Shown in pieces: positions 39,694 through 50,055 of a stretch of DNA of 64,000 nt. The notes beneath the pieces were generated by a model. That model did no database searches, had not been told where the DNA came from, and saw only the letters and a list, made by a program, of their open reading frames with translations. The translations under genes and the position numbers were made by a program. This DNA comes from Thermodesulfobacteriota bacterium. Its GTDB lineage: Bacteria; Desulfobacterota; Desulfobulbia; Desulfobulbales; SURF-16. Every line of letters begins with the position of its first letter. The stretch's first letter is position 1. The DNA lies in NCBI GenBank assembly GCA_040755455.1, contig JBFMAY010000007.1, forward strand, positions 35,898-99,897. The letters are read 5' to 3'.

Positions 39694-41031
39694 TCATGAG
39701 TGGCTTTTTAATTTTTCCTCAAGACTCCGGTTCACGGCGTCAAAGTTCTTTTCAAAAGTCAGTCTGTTTTTATTGGTGTTGCCGCTCAGCAGGACGCTGG
39801 TCTTGTCCTCTTCTCTCTTAATGTAAACCCATATGCGGCGATGGGAAAGGAAGAACGCAACCATCAGCCCGAGCAGCATGAGGGTGCAGCCGATATAGAC
39901 ATACCAGACCCCGGGGTCTTTGGTAACCTGCAGGCCAGTGGCAAAAAATTCTTTCAGGGCAAAGGTGTATTCCTTGCCGTCGCGTTTGACGGTTGTCGTG
40001 TCCCCATCGGTTATCCAGAAAGGTTCCGCGACACCGGTGCTGTCTTTGAACCATATTTTATATTTGAACCTGAGCGGGGTTTCCGTCTTGTCCCGGTTGA
40101 TGATGCCGAAAGATACATCTTCCCCTTGCCATTTGATTTCTTTGCCCGGTTCAACGAGAAAGAGTTCCGCGTTTTTCGTTTGGTTGTCGGTCAGGGAGAC
40201 CAGGAATTTCTTGTATGACTGGTAGCTGGACTGGTAAAAGGTGTGGCCTTTGTAGGAAAGAGGATCGTTGACCACAATGGATTTTGTCAGCACCTCCTTG
40301 CCGTCTTCCACAATGGCCAGGTCCGAGCGGAATTCCTTGGGGGCGCCGTTGGCATAGTGTGAAAGGGTGAATCGTTTGCACAGCACCTCAAATCCCAGTT
40401 TGATCGGTTCTTCGTTGTTGAACGAATAAATGGTGTCGGTGGCGCGGGTCTCCGGGATCATGACGCTGCCTTTGTAACCGAAATAGGAACCGATCATTGC
40501 CCCGGCAAAAATGACGAGAATGCTTGTATGGACCACATAGACGCCAAGGCGGGTCCACGGCCCTTTCTGGGCGAAAAGCAGAATGCCGCTGTCCCGCACT
40601 GCCTCTTTGGCCTGCCAGCCGTTTTCCGCCAGACTGGCCTTGGCCTTGGCTGCGGCGTCCTCAAGGGTAAGGGTGGTGTGGATTTCCTGGCTCGGGCGCA
40701 TTTTGGCCAGCCGGTCAGTATCTGTTTCCAGGTTGTTCAGCACGACAAGACGCCACACATTGGGCAGTCTTTCGATGGTGCAGATGGTGAGATTAAGGGC
40801 CAGCATGATGAGCAGGCTGACGAACCACCAGGAGTTATACATGTCCGTAATATCAAGTATCTGAAAAAATCTGGCCAGGTTTGCGCCGAATTCCTTTACG
40901 TAGGCATCGGGGGGGCTGTTCTGGGGAATGACGGTGCCTATCACGGAGGCTATGGCGAGAAAGAAAATAACAAAGAGGGCGAGTTTAACCGATGCAAAAA
41001 AACTCCATATGCTGTTTTTCTGGTTGCTCAT
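39694..41031 (-). CDS. resB: Cytochrome c biogenesis protein ResB/Ccs1
   Basis: FASVKLA, IGTVIPQ, Y.SWWF, VHTSIL, VNDPL.Y.G..FYQSS, DPG. Confidence 0.93.
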   Translation of the reverse strand: MSNQKNSIWSFFASVKLALFVIFFLAIASVIGTVIPQNSPPDAYVKEFGANLARFFQILDITDMYNSWWFVSLLIMLALNLTICTIERLPNVWRLVVLNNLETDTDRLAKMRPSQEIHTTLTLEDAAAKAKASLAENGWQAKEAVRDSGILLFAQKGPWTRLGVYVVHTSILVIFAGAMIGSYFGYKGSVMIPETRATDTIYSFNNEEPIKLGFEVLCKRFTLSHYANGAPKEFRSDLAIVEDGKEVLTKSIVVNDPLSYKGHTFYQSSYQSYKKFLVSLTDNQTKNAELFLVEPGKEIKWQGEDVSFGIINRDKTETPLRFKYKIWFKDSTGVAEPFWITDGDTTTVKRDGKEYTFALKEFFATGLQVTKDPGVWYVYIGCTLMLLGLMVAFFLSHRRIWVYIKREEDKTSVLLSGNTNKNRLTFEKNFDAVNRSLEEKLKSHS

Positions 41032-41378
41032 GCTATCCTTGGTGGTGGTTAGGGTTAGTCGGAGATTTGCTTACTAGGCGGATAAAAAATTATGAAATAT
41101 CGCTGATACCATGAAGTGTTACAGAGTGTCAATATAATAGCCTGCCCAAAAAATGTTATCAATTATTATTGTTTTACGACAAAGACCTTTACGGAAAGTT
41201 CAAAAAAAAGATAAGGCTTATATGCACTTTTCCCGGCCTCCGTTTATTTTTTATAAAAAAACTTGCCATGCAGGGGAGGACAAGGTATAAATCATGGTTC
41301 TTATAAAAAATATGCTCATTTTGAGCCTTTCCTAGAAGCCTGCCGTACCGGCTGTTCGTTTTTTAAAGGAGTATGATT

Positions 41379-41585
41379 ATGTCTAGATTATGTGAAATCT
41401 GCGGCAAAAAGCCAGTTACCGGAAATAATGTCAGCCACGCCCACAACAAGACAAGAAGGCGTTGGCTGCCCAATCTGCAGAAGGTTCGGGTCGCAACCGT
41501 TGCCGGTAGTTCCAAGCAAATTCGTGTATGCACCCGTTGCATCCGTTCCGGTGCGGTGGTGAAGCCTATTGTGCAGAAGGCATAA
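41379..41585 (+). CDS. rpmB: 50S ribosomal protein L28
   Basis: [10 protein letters not shown]...[20 protein letters not shown]. Confidence 0.97.
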   Translation: MSRLCEICGKKPVTGNNVSHAHNKTRRRWLPNLQKVRVATVAGSSKQIRVCTRCIRSGAVVKPIVQKA

Positions 41586-41672
41586 TCGGCCCGCAATAGC
41601 TATATTGCAGCATCTTTTTTCATCCACCTGAAAATGTGACATTGGCATGTTGCATATTCAGGTGGATTTTTT

Positions 41673-43877
41673 TTATCTTCTTCTCGCCTCAATTACCTGA
41701 TCGAGCTGTCGCAGGTGCTGCAGCAGTGTGCTCAGGTGTTCCATGTTGTTTACTTCGAGTATAATATTGAGTCTGGCCAGATTGTCTTTGGTCGTATGGG
41801 CGTCCACATTGAGAATGTTGGCATCATCATTGGTGATGGCATTGCAGATCGTCACCAGCAGACCTTTTTTATCCTGGGCGATGATCTGAATATGGGCCCG
41901 ATGCAGAGTCTTGGCCGAGCTTGACCACTGCACCGCGATACGTCTGAGCGGGTCCGTGGCCCGCAGGTTGGGGCAATTGGCTTTATGGACGGAAATACCC
42001 CTGCCGGCGGTAATGAAACCCATGATGTCATCTCCCGGCATGGGCAGACAGCATTGGCTGATTTTAATCAGCATGCCGTCAATGCCGTCGATTTCAATAA
42101 CGTCACCCGAACGTGGTTTGACAGACCGTGGCGGCGCGACTGTCTCTGCCAGCACCTCAAGGCTTGCGGCAGCCGCTTCCTCCTTGCTTTTCTTGACCTC
42201 AGGCGGCAGCATCAGATCGACAATCTGATCAGTGCGGATTTTGCCGGAACCTACCTTGCGCAGCAGATCCTCCAAGGCATTGGAGTTAGCCCTTTTGAGG
42301 ATCTCTTTCAAATGACCGGTCTTGATCAGTTTCTTTAAACTGAGGTTGTGCTTGCGCAATTCCCGTTCGCAGATCTCCTGGCCAAGTTTCAGGGTTTTCT
42401 CCATCTCCTCCTGCCGGAGGAACTGACGGATCCGGCTTTTGGCCCTGCTTGTTTTGACCAGTGACAGCCAGCCTCTGCTGGGTTGCTGGTGAGGAGAGGT
42501 AAGAATCTCAACCACATCACCGTTCTTGAGATTGGTTTTAAGAGGTACCAGGCGGCCGCTGATTTTGGCGCCCGTGCAGCCGTTGCCGACCTGGGTGTGG
42601 ATGGCATAGGCAAAATCGAGGGGGGTACTGCCTTCCGGCAGTTCCTTTACCTCGCCGTTGGGAGTAAGCACATAAATGTCGGCCTGATGCAGTTCACCCT
42701 TGAAGGCATCAAGAAACTCCCGCGGGTCCTTGAGGTCCTGCAGCCATTGAATAAGATGCTTCAGCCACTGAAACAGCTTGGCGTCCTTCTGGGAAACAGC
42801 GGTGCCCTCTTTATAGGCCCAGTGCGCGGCAATGCCCTCCTTGGCAATTTTATCCATCTCCTCGGTGCGGATCTGGATTTCCATGAAATTACCACGGGGA
42901 CCGATAACCGAGGTGTGCAGAGACTGATACATGTTGGTTTTCGGACTGCTGATGAAGTCCTTGAATCTGCCGTCAATGGGCACCCAGAGGGAATGGACCA
43001 GGCCGAGCACTTCATAGCATTCCCGGACGTTCTGCAGGATGATGCGGAAGGCCACCTTGTCATAGACCTTTTCCACCGGGATGTTCTGGGCGATGATCTT
43101 GCGATAGATGGAGTAGAGATGTTTCGGGCGGCCAAGTATCTTGAAATCGGCAAGTCCATGTTCGCGCAGCTTGTTTGACAGGAGCTCTTTGACTTCTTCC
43201 ACATAGCTTGCCCTGTCCATGGTGGAGGAATCCACCATGGCGGCAAGGTCCTTATACTCTTTGGGGTGAAGATGGGCGAAGGAGAGATCTTCCAGTTCCC
43301 GTTTCATCCAGTCCACTCCGAGACGACTGGCCAGGGGCGCATAGAGGTCCATCGTCTCCAGGGCAAAGGACTTTTTTTCGTCATCCGGCATGTCCATCAG
43401 CTGCATGAGATGGAGGCGGTCCGCCAGTTTGACCAGCAGGACGCGGATGTCGGAAGACATGGCCAGCAGCATCTTGCGGATGTTTTCGGCCTGGTAGTCA
43501 AGATTGGTATTGAATTCAACCTTGTTGATTTTGGTAACGCCGGAAACGATTGCCTCGACAACCGGGCCGAATTCCGTACTCACCTCCTTGGAGGTGACAG
43601 GACTGTCGGGATCTTTGAAGATGCCGTGCAGCAGTGCGGCCTGCAGGGTTTCCATATCAAGCTGCATGTGAGCCAGGGTGTGGGCAACGGTCAACGGATG
43701 ATTGATGTAGCGCGTCCCATTGGGTCTTTTCCGGTCGCTGTGCACCCTGAGGGCAAAGTCGTAGGCCTTGCGCAGGCCTTCTGCCGTATCCTTCTCCGGC
43801 AGGTAGGCCCGGGCCTTTTCGATCAAATCGTCAATGGTGATCTGGGCATTTGTGGCATGAACATGATGGCGAGCCAT
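41673..43877 (-). CDS. relA: Long RelA/SpoT homolog, hydrolase motif degenerate
   Basis: GRPKHLYSIY, YQSLHT, EIQIRT, TGS, CC zinc finger and ACT; LLHGIFKD replaces HDxxED. Confidence 0.93.
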   Translation of the reverse strand: MARHHVHATNAQITIDDLIEKARAYLPEKDTAEGLRKAYDFALRVHSDRKRPNGTRYINHPLTVAHTLAHMQLDMETLQAALLHGIFKDPDSPVTSKEVSTEFGPVVEAIVSGVTKINKVEFNTNLDYQAENIRKMLLAMSSDIRVLLVKLADRLHLMQLMDMPDDEKKSFALETMDLYAPLASRLGVDWMKRELEDLSFAHLHPKEYKDLAAMVDSSTMDRASYVEEVKELLSNKLREHGLADFKILGRPKHLYSIYRKIIAQNIPVEKVYDKVAFRIILQNVRECYEVLGLVHSLWVPIDGRFKDFISSPKTNMYQSLHTSVIGPRGNFMEIQIRTEEMDKIAKEGIAAHWAYKEGTAVSQKDAKLFQWLKHLIQWLQDLKDPREFLDAFKGELHQADIYVLTPNGEVKELPEGSTPLDFAYAIHTQVGNGCTGAKISGRLVPLKTNLKNGDVVEILTSPHQQPSRGWLSLVKTSRAKSRIRQFLRQEEMEKTLKLGQEICERELRKHNLSLKKLIKTGHLKEILKRANSNALEDLLRKVGSGKIRTDQIVDLMLPPEVKKSKEEAAAASLEVLAETVAPPRSVKPRSGDVIEIDGIDGMLIKISQCCLPMPGDDIMGFITAGRGISVHKANCPNLRATDPLRRIAVQWSSSAKTLHRAHIQIIAQDKKGLLVTICNAITNDDANILNVDAHTTKDNLARLNIILEVNNMEHLSTLLQHLRQLDQVIEARRR

Positions 43878-43887
43878 GAAAACACCC

Positions 43888-45609
43888 TTATTGCTGGCAG
43901 TTTTTCATGGCGGACTCGATCATCTGTTTGAGCCTCAGTGTCGTTTCTGCAATGGAGACGGCGGTTGTCCGGCCGCCGGCGCGCTCCCTGATTTCAATTT
44001 TTCCTTCCTTGGTCAAACTGTTGCCGACCATTACCCGGAAAGGGATACCAATGAGGTCGGCATCCTTGAATTTGATGCCCGGCCTTTCGTCGCGGTCATC
44101 AAAGAGGACCTCCATGCCGCTCGCCGTGAAATCCGCATAAAGGCTTTCCGCGGCCTTGCTGATGGCCTCATCCTTGGTGGAAAGATTGAGCAGCATGACC
44201 TGGAAGGGGGCAATGGGCAGGGGGAAGATCATGCCGTCGTTATCATGGTTCTGTTCGATGGCGGCGGCCACCGTCCGGCTGACGCCTATGCCGTAGCATC
44301 CCATGACAAACGGGATCTCGCTGCCCTGAACGTCGAGAAAGGTTGCCTTGAGCGCCTCACTGTAAGTGGTGCCCAGTTTAAAGATATGGCCCACCTCGAT
44401 GCCGCGGGTAAGCACCAGCTGTCCGCCGCAGAGCGGGCAGCGGTCTTCTTTGGTCACCATGCGCAGATCGGCGACCTTGGCCGGGGTGAAGTCCCGGCCG
44501 ATATTGACGTTCTGCAGATGAAAGTTCTTCTCATTGGCACCGACGGTGAAATTGGCCATTTTGGTTACCTCCAGGTCCGCGACAATCGGCAGGGACAGGC
44601 CCACCGGTCCCAGGTAGCCGGTCGGGGTGCCGGTGCTGTCAAAGGTTTCCTTGTCGTCGGCCAGCCGCATTTCATTTGCACCCAGCAGGTTCTGCAGTTT
44701 GACCTCCTGCACCTCGTGATCGCCGCGCAGCAGCACGGCGACAGGCTTGCCGTCGGCCATATAGATGAGAGTTTTCACCAGCTCCTTCGGCGCGATAGAG
44801 AGGAACTCGCACACCGCCTGCACCTTGCGTTTACCCGGCGTTTCCACCTTGGTCAGGGGGCGCTGTTCCACCGCTTGCGGGGGCGGAGTTTCCATGGCCC
44901 GCGCCTTCTCCATATTGGCGGCGTACGAGCACTGTTGGCAGATGACGATGGTGTCTTCGCCGGTTTCGGCCAGTACCATGAATTCGTGGGAAAAGCTGCC
45001 GCCGATGGTGCCTGAATCCGCTTCAACGGCCCGGAAGGTGAGTCCGCACCTTTTGAATATCCGGTGGTAGGCATATTTCATTTTCTCGTAGGTTAACTCG
45101 GCCCCTTTTTCCGTGGCGTCAAAGCTGTAGCCGTCCTTCATGATGAACTCTCGGCCCCGCATGAGCCCGAAACGGGGGCGTATCTCGTCGCGGAATTTGG
45201 TCTGGATCTGGTAGAGATTGAGCGGCAGGCTGCGGTAGGAATGGATGTTCTTCCTGATCAGGTCGGTGATGACCTCCTCATGGGTGGGGCCGAGGCAGCT
45301 TTCCCGCTGGTGGCGGTCGGTAAAGCGCAGCAACTCGGTGCCGTATTTATGCCAGCGGCCTGATTCCTGCCAGAGGTCGGCGGGCTGGACCATGGGCAGC
45401 AGCAGCTCCTGGGCCCCGGCGTTGTTCATTTCCTCTCTGACGATCTGTTCCACCTTGCGGATGGACCTCAGTCCCAGGGGCAGATAGCAGTAAATGCCGG
45501 AGGCCAGTTTGCGGATAAAGCCGGCCCGGAGCATCAGTTTATGACTGACGACCTCGGCATCGGCCGGGGTTTCTTTTAATGTTGGCAGGAGGAGTTGAGA
45601 AAAACGCAT
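43888..45609 (-). CDS. proS: Proline--tRNA ligase
   Basis: [24 protein letters not shown], editing insertion, [15 protein letters not shown]. Confidence 0.97.
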   Translation of the reverse strand: MRFSQLLLPTLKETPADAEVVSHKLMLRAGFIRKLASGIYCYLPLGLRSIRKVEQIVREEMNNAGAQELLLPMVQPADLWQESGRWHKYGTELLRFTDRHQRESCLGPTHEEVITDLIRKNIHSYRSLPLNLYQIQTKFRDEIRPRFGLMRGREFIMKDGYSFDATEKGAELTYEKMKYAYHRIFKRCGLTFRAVEADSGTIGGSFSHEFMVLAETGEDTIVICQQCSYAANMEKARAMETPPPQAVEQRPLTKVETPGKRKVQAVCEFLSIAPKELVKTLIYMADGKPVAVLLRGDHEVQEVKLQNLLGANEMRLADDKETFDSTGTPTGYLGPVGLSLPIVADLEVTKMANFTVGANEKNFHLQNVNIGRDFTPAKVADLRMVTKEDRCPLCGGQLVLTRGIEVGHIFKLGTTYSEALKATFLDVQGSEIPFVMGCYGIGVSRTVAAAIEQNHDNDGMIFPLPIAPFQVMLLNLSTKDEAISKAAESLYADFTASGMEVLFDDRDERPGIKFKDADLIGIPFRVMVGNSLTKEGKIEIRERAGGRTTAVSIAETTLRLKQMIESAMKNCQQ

Positions 45610-45641
45610 GAAATATCCTTTTTATAGCGATAAGGTGAAAA

Positions 45642-46709
45642 TTATTTTTTGTTGCGCGCCATGGCGTCCAGTTCATCAATAAAAACAGCAAGCAGCTGCT
45701 CTTCAGGCACCTTTTTGTACAGCTGCCCCTTTTTGAAGATAATGCCCACACCGTGGCCGCCGGCAAGACCGATATCAGCCTCCTTGGCCTCTCCCGGTCC
45801 ATTGACCACGCAGCCCATGACGGCAACCTTGAGGGGGGTCTCAATGCCCTGGATGTGCTCCTCCACCTTCTCGGCCAGGTTGAAGAGATTGATCTGGCAG
45901 CGGCCGCAGGTGGGGCATGATATCAGCTCCGGGCCTCTCTCCCTGATGCGCAGGCAGCGGAGAAGCTCAAAAGCGACGCGGATTTCCTCAAGGGGATCAC
46001 GGGTGAGCGAGATGCGGAAGGTGTCGCCGATTCCTTCATACAGGAGCATGCCCAGGGCGACGCTTGATTTTACCGTGCCGGCGATAAGGCCGCCTGCCTC
46101 GGTAACTCCCAGGTGCAAGGGATAATCACACTGAGCGGAGAGCTGGCGGTAGGCGGCGATGGTGGTCAGGGTGTCGGAGGATTTGATGGAAATTTTTTGC
46201 TCGTAGAAATGGAGGGTTTCGAGCAGACGGATATTTCGGATGGCGCTTTCCACCAGGGCCGCGGGAGTGGGATGTCCGTGGCGGGCCAGGATATCCTTTT
46301 CAACCGAGCCCGAATTCACCCCGACCCGGATCGGCACATGATGGGCCTTGGCGGCATCAACCACCTTGCCGAGTTTCTCCGGCCCGCCGATGTTGCCGGG
46401 ATTGATTCTGATGCCCTGTGCCCCGTTTTCCATGCTGAATACCGCCAGCCGGTAATCAAAATGAATATCGGCGATAAGCGGGATGGTGATCCGGTCGCGG
46501 ATGGCACGAATGGCCTGGGCTGCCTCCAGGTCCGGAACCGCAACGCGGATAATATCGCAGCCTGCTGCTTCCAGCCGGTGAATCTGGGCAACCGTTGCGG
46601 TCACATCCCGGGTGTCGGTGTTGGTCATCGACTGCACGGCTATCGGGGCATCCCCGCCAATGGGCACATTCCCCACCTTGATCTGTTTTGTCGGTATTCT
46701 CTTAATCAT
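45642..46709 (-). CDS. ispG: HMBPP synthase
   Basis: VQSMTNT, ADIHF, RINPGN, SCPTCGR, MGCVVNGPGE. Confidence 0.97.
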   Translation of the reverse strand: MIKRIPTKQIKVGNVPIGGDAPIAVQSMTNTDTRDVTATVAQIHRLEAAGCDIIRVAVPDLEAAQAIRAIRDRITIPLIADIHFDYRLAVFSMENGAQGIRINPGNIGGPEKLGKVVDAAKAHHVPIRVGVNSGSVEKDILARHGHPTPAALVESAIRNIRLLETLHFYEQKISIKSSDTLTTIAAYRQLSAQCDYPLHLGVTEAGGLIAGTVKSSVALGMLLYEGIGDTFRISLTRDPLEEIRVAFELLRCLRIRERGPELISCPTCGRCQINLFNLAEKVEEHIQGIETPLKVAVMGCVVNGPGEAKEADIGLAGGHGVGIIFKKGQLYKKVPEEQLLAVFIDELDAMARNKK

Positions 46710-46916
46710 AATCGTTGGGACTATAATCTTTTTCGCAAAAAGTTTTAAGTGCTAAGTTGTGAATATTTGAAGCAATGGTAAAAAAATGCCATTACTGCCG
46801 GCGCCGGCGCAGTCTGTGTCCTTTTCACCCTTTGACGAAAAAAGGGGGGCAGGATATTTTATTTGCCAATTGGCAATTTGTTGAATTCCTGCCCTGCTCC
46901 TGCTAGTATGGCGGCC

Positions 46917-47114
46917 ATGAAATACTTATTCTCATTAATAGGGGTGGTTTTGATCCTGGAATCACTACCGTATGTGGCCTGCCCTGAGGCCATGCAGAAA
47001 TGGCTCAGGCAGCTCTCCGAGATGAATCCGGCGGTTTTGCGCGTCATCGGACTGCTGGCCATGGGCGCTGGTCTTCTGCTCTGCTATATTACTCAACAGA
47101 CCAACTTGATATAG
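46917..47114 (+). CDS. DUF2065-family small membrane protein
   Basis: IGVVLILESLPY..P......L.......LRVIGL pattern. Confidence 0.75.
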   Translation: MKYLFSLIGVVLILESLPYVACPEAMQKWLRQLSEMNPAVLRVIGLLAMGAGLLLCYITQQTNLI

Positions 47115-47156
47115 ATTTTCCCTGCACAGGCAGCAAGCAGAAATTACCTTCAGATC

Positions 47157-48248
47157 ATGGCCGAAAAAATTCCCCTGACTTATAACCTTGATTCCTATCA
47201 GTTTGATCTTCCGCCGGAGCGGATTGCCCAGCAGCCAGCCGCCAGCCGCGACCGTTCCCGTCTGCTTGCCCTTGACTGCGAGTCCGGCGGCCTCCGCGAC
47301 CTTAACTTTACCGATATCGTGGATTTTTTTTCTCCCGGCGATCTGCTGGTGGTGAACAACACCAGGGTTTTCCCGGCGAGACTCCTGGGCCGCAAAGAAA
47401 GCGGCGGCCGGGTTGAGTTGCTTATCCTGCATTACCCCCGGGAGACTTTTCCGGCAGCAGCCGGCCCGGGGCAGGTCGAGGTGACTGGTCTGCTGAAAAG
47501 CTCCAAGGGATTCCGGCCAGGCCAGAAAATAATTTTTGCCGAGGACCTCACCGCCGAGGTCGTCGAGCTTTTTGCGGCAGGAAAAGCCAGGTTGCATCTG
47601 CATTTTCAGGGTGAGCTGGCGGCCCTGCTGGACAAGTATGGACGACTGCCGCTTCCTCCTTACATTAAAAGGGAGCATGGGGAAGAGCCCCAGGACCGAC
47701 AAAGATATCAGACGGTTTTTGCCGCCGAAACCGGGGCCATTGCCGCCCCCACGGCCGGCCTGCATTTCACCGATGAACTGCTTGCCGCCATTGACCAAAA
47801 AGGGGTGGGGCGGGAGAGCGTGACCCTGCATGTCGGCTACGGCACGTTTGCCCCGGTGCGGGTCCAGGACATCCGCCAGCATCAGATCCACTCTGAATTT
47901 CTGACGGTGTCGGCCAGGACTGCCGAGAAAATCAATGAGGTCCGCAACAGAGGCGGGCGGATCTGGGCAGTGGGCACCACCACCGTCCGCGCCCTGGAAT
48001 TTGCGGCAGATGCAGCGGGACAGGTTCAGGCAACAGAGGGCTGGTGTGATTTGTACATGTATCCGGGTTATCGTTTCAAGGTGGTGAGGAATCTGATAAC
48101 CAATTTTCACCTGCCGCAATCTTCGCTGCTCTTTATGGTAAGCGCTCTGGCCGGGCGGGAGAGGATTTTAACCGCTTATGCCCATGCAGTGGCCAGTGGT
48201 TACCGATTTTTCAGTTACGGGGATGCGATGATCATTTCCGGCGCATGA
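47157..48248 (+). CDS. queA: SAM:tRNA ribosyltransferase-isomerase
   Basis: IAQQP, PLPPYI, AAPTAGLHF, TLHVG.GTF, TNFHLP, YRFFSYGD. Confidence 0.97.
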   Translation: MAEKIPLTYNLDSYQFDLPPERIAQQPAASRDRSRLLALDCESGGLRDLNFTDIVDFFSPGDLLVVNNTRVFPARLLGRKESGGRVELLILHYPRETFPAAAGPGQVEVTGLLKSSKGFRPGQKIIFAEDLTAEVVELFAAGKARLHLHFQGELAALLDKYGRLPLPPYIKREHGEEPQDRQRYQTVFAAETGAIAAPTAGLHFTDELLAAIDQKGVGRESVTLHVGYGTFAPVRVQDIRQHQIHSEFLTVSARTAEKINEVRNRGGRIWAVGTTTVRALEFAADAAGQVQATEGWCDLYMYPGYRFKVVRNLITNFHLPQSSLLFMVSALAGRERILTAYAHAVASGYRFFSYGDAMIISGA

Positions 48249-48309
48249 GAAAAGCAGGTGCAAGGTAAGGATGAAAGGCCCTTATCCCTTTCCTGTCCGG
48301 CGGGGGAAA

Positions 48310-48570
48310 TCAGGAGGCGCAGGGGCAGGAGGCGGTTTCCTTGCTGCAGCCGTCGGAAGCTGGCGGGGTTGATTCGCACTTGCACTGCTTTGAACTGCAG
48401 TATCCGTCCGCATACCAGCCGCCTCCCTTTAACCTGAAGGAGCTGGAGGAGATCAGCTTCTTCAGGCTGCCGTGACAGTCAGGGCAGCAGGTCAGCGGTT
48501 CATCGGATACACTTTGCCATGCTTCGGTCACCTTGTTGCATTTCTGGCACTCGTATTCATAAATAGGCAT
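48310..48570 (-). CDS. FmdB-family zinc-ribbon protein
   Basis: MPIYEYECQKC...CPDC...FRLKGGGWYADGY. Confidence 0.9.
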   Translation of the reverse strand: MPIYEYECQKCNKVTEAWQSVSDEPLTCCPDCHGSLKKLISSSSFRLKGGGWYADGYCSSKQCKCESTPPASDGCSKETASCPCAS

Positions 48571-48791
48571 TTGAGTTCTCCCTGAAAAAGGTATAATCTT
48601 ATAGTATCTGTATGCTGAATTTAATTGAAGTCGGAAACTGATTCACGTTCTTGTCGTGCAGGATGGTGAGGATTTTGTTTCTGGCCCTTTGAGGTCAATC
48701 CGACGTGTAGAAATGTAATGTTGCTTTACCCGTCTGTCAACTGTTTGGGAATATTTTTGCTTGGGGTCAATGTTTTGTACGGGAGGAAACT

Positions 48792-49103
48792 GTGCAGCAG
48801 ATATTAAGTTTGCAGGCTGCTGAGGGTATGGTGCTGGCCAAGGAGGTGATGACCGCCGAGGGGCGGGTTCTGTGCGGCAAAGGTACGGTCTTGACCGGTA
48901 CCATCATTGAAAGAATCAGGAAAATGGGTATCGGCAACATCACGGTTGAGGGGCACCCCGTGCCGGTGGAGGGGGAAAAAAGTCTGGAGGAGGAACTGCG
49001 CGATGTTGAAGAAAGATTTTCCCGGGTCAAACATGTTCCCCCTCTCATGTATGTCAAAAAAAAGATTATGCAGCGTAAGGTTGCAAGCAGAAAGGCCTCC
49101 TGA
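48792..49103 (+). CDS. Small protein resembling the N-terminal module of HD-GYP/HDOD proteins
   Basis: GMVLAKEV...GRVL..KGTVLT...GI; GGAGG RBS; coupled to HDOD gene via TGATG. Confidence 0.7.
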   Translation: MQQILSLQAAEGMVLAKEVMTAEGRVLCGKGTVLTGTIIERIRKMGIGNITVEGHPVPVEGEKSLEEELRDVEERFSRVKHVPPLMYVKKKIMQRKVASRKAS

Positions 49104-49975
49104 TGGAAGACATTAAAAAAACCCAGTTTCGCAGGGCTCTGCGGGAGGTGAAAAATCTTCCCACTCTGCCCGGGATTATTGCCAAACTGACCAGGATGGC
49201 GGAGGATCCCGATACGACCACCGAGCAGATGGGCAAGGTGATCAGCAAGGATCATATTCTGGCGGCGAAACTGCTCAAGCTGGTCAATTCCGCCTTTTAC
49301 GGGTTTCCGCAGAGGATCAGCTCGCTCAACAGCGCTATCATTCTGCTCGGTTTTAACGTTATCAAGAGCCTTATTATCAGTTCTTCCATCTTCGAACTGA
49401 TGGAGTCCCAGGATGTGGAACTCTGGGAGCACTCCCTGGGTTGCGCCGTGGTCTGCAGCGTGCTGGCCAAACGGCTGGATGTCAGTGATCCCGAGGAGGT
49501 AAGCACTGCCGGTCTCATCCATGATATCGGCAAGGTGGCGATCAAGATGGAACTGAAGCCGGAATTTGAAATGTTAAAACAAATGGTGCATGACCGGCAG
49601 ATTTCCATGTTGGAGGCCGAGAAGGAGATGCTGGGCATTGATCATGCCGAGGCGGGAGGCTGGCTGGCCAAGAGCTGGAATCTGCCGGCCAAGCTGGTCG
49701 AGCCCATTGCCTGCCACCACAACCCGCAGGATGCCAAGGATGAGCAGCTGTCCACGGCCATTGTCCATTTCAGTGATATTCTGATCCGGGGACTCGGCTA
49801 CGGACACGGAGATGACGTCTGGGTGCCTTCCCTGAGCAAGACAGCCTGGCAGCTCCTGAATCTGACCCAGCAGGATCTGAATGAAATAATAGATGAGGTG
49901 GAAGAGAAGCTGTGGGATGTCAAGGGATTCAGCCTGGAAATTCAGGCGGAACTGGAAAACAGCATGACATCGTGA
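49103..49975 (+). CDS. HDOD-domain protein
   Basis: LPTLP, D..L.AKLLKLVNSAFYG, WEHS, GLIHDIGK, DHAE.G.WL..W.LP. Confidence 0.92.
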   Translation: MEDIKKTQFRRALREVKNLPTLPGIIAKLTRMAEDPDTTTEQMGKVISKDHILAAKLLKLVNSAFYGFPQRISSLNSAIILLGFNVIKSLIISSSIFELMESQDVELWEHSLGCAVVCSVLAKRLDVSDPEEVSTAGLIHDIGKVAIKMELKPEFEMLKQMVHDRQISMLEAEKEMLGIDHAEAGGWLAKSWNLPAKLVEPIACHHNPQDAKDEQLSTAIVHFSDILIRGLGYGHGDDVWVPSLSKTAWQLLNLTQQDLNEIIDEVEEKLWDVKGFSLEIQAELENSMTS

Positions 49976-50055
49976 CGTGCCTGGGCTGCAGACAAAACCT
50001 TTATCTCCGCGGTATGATAAAATAAATTCTTAGCGGAGCCCCCCCCTGAAAAGCC

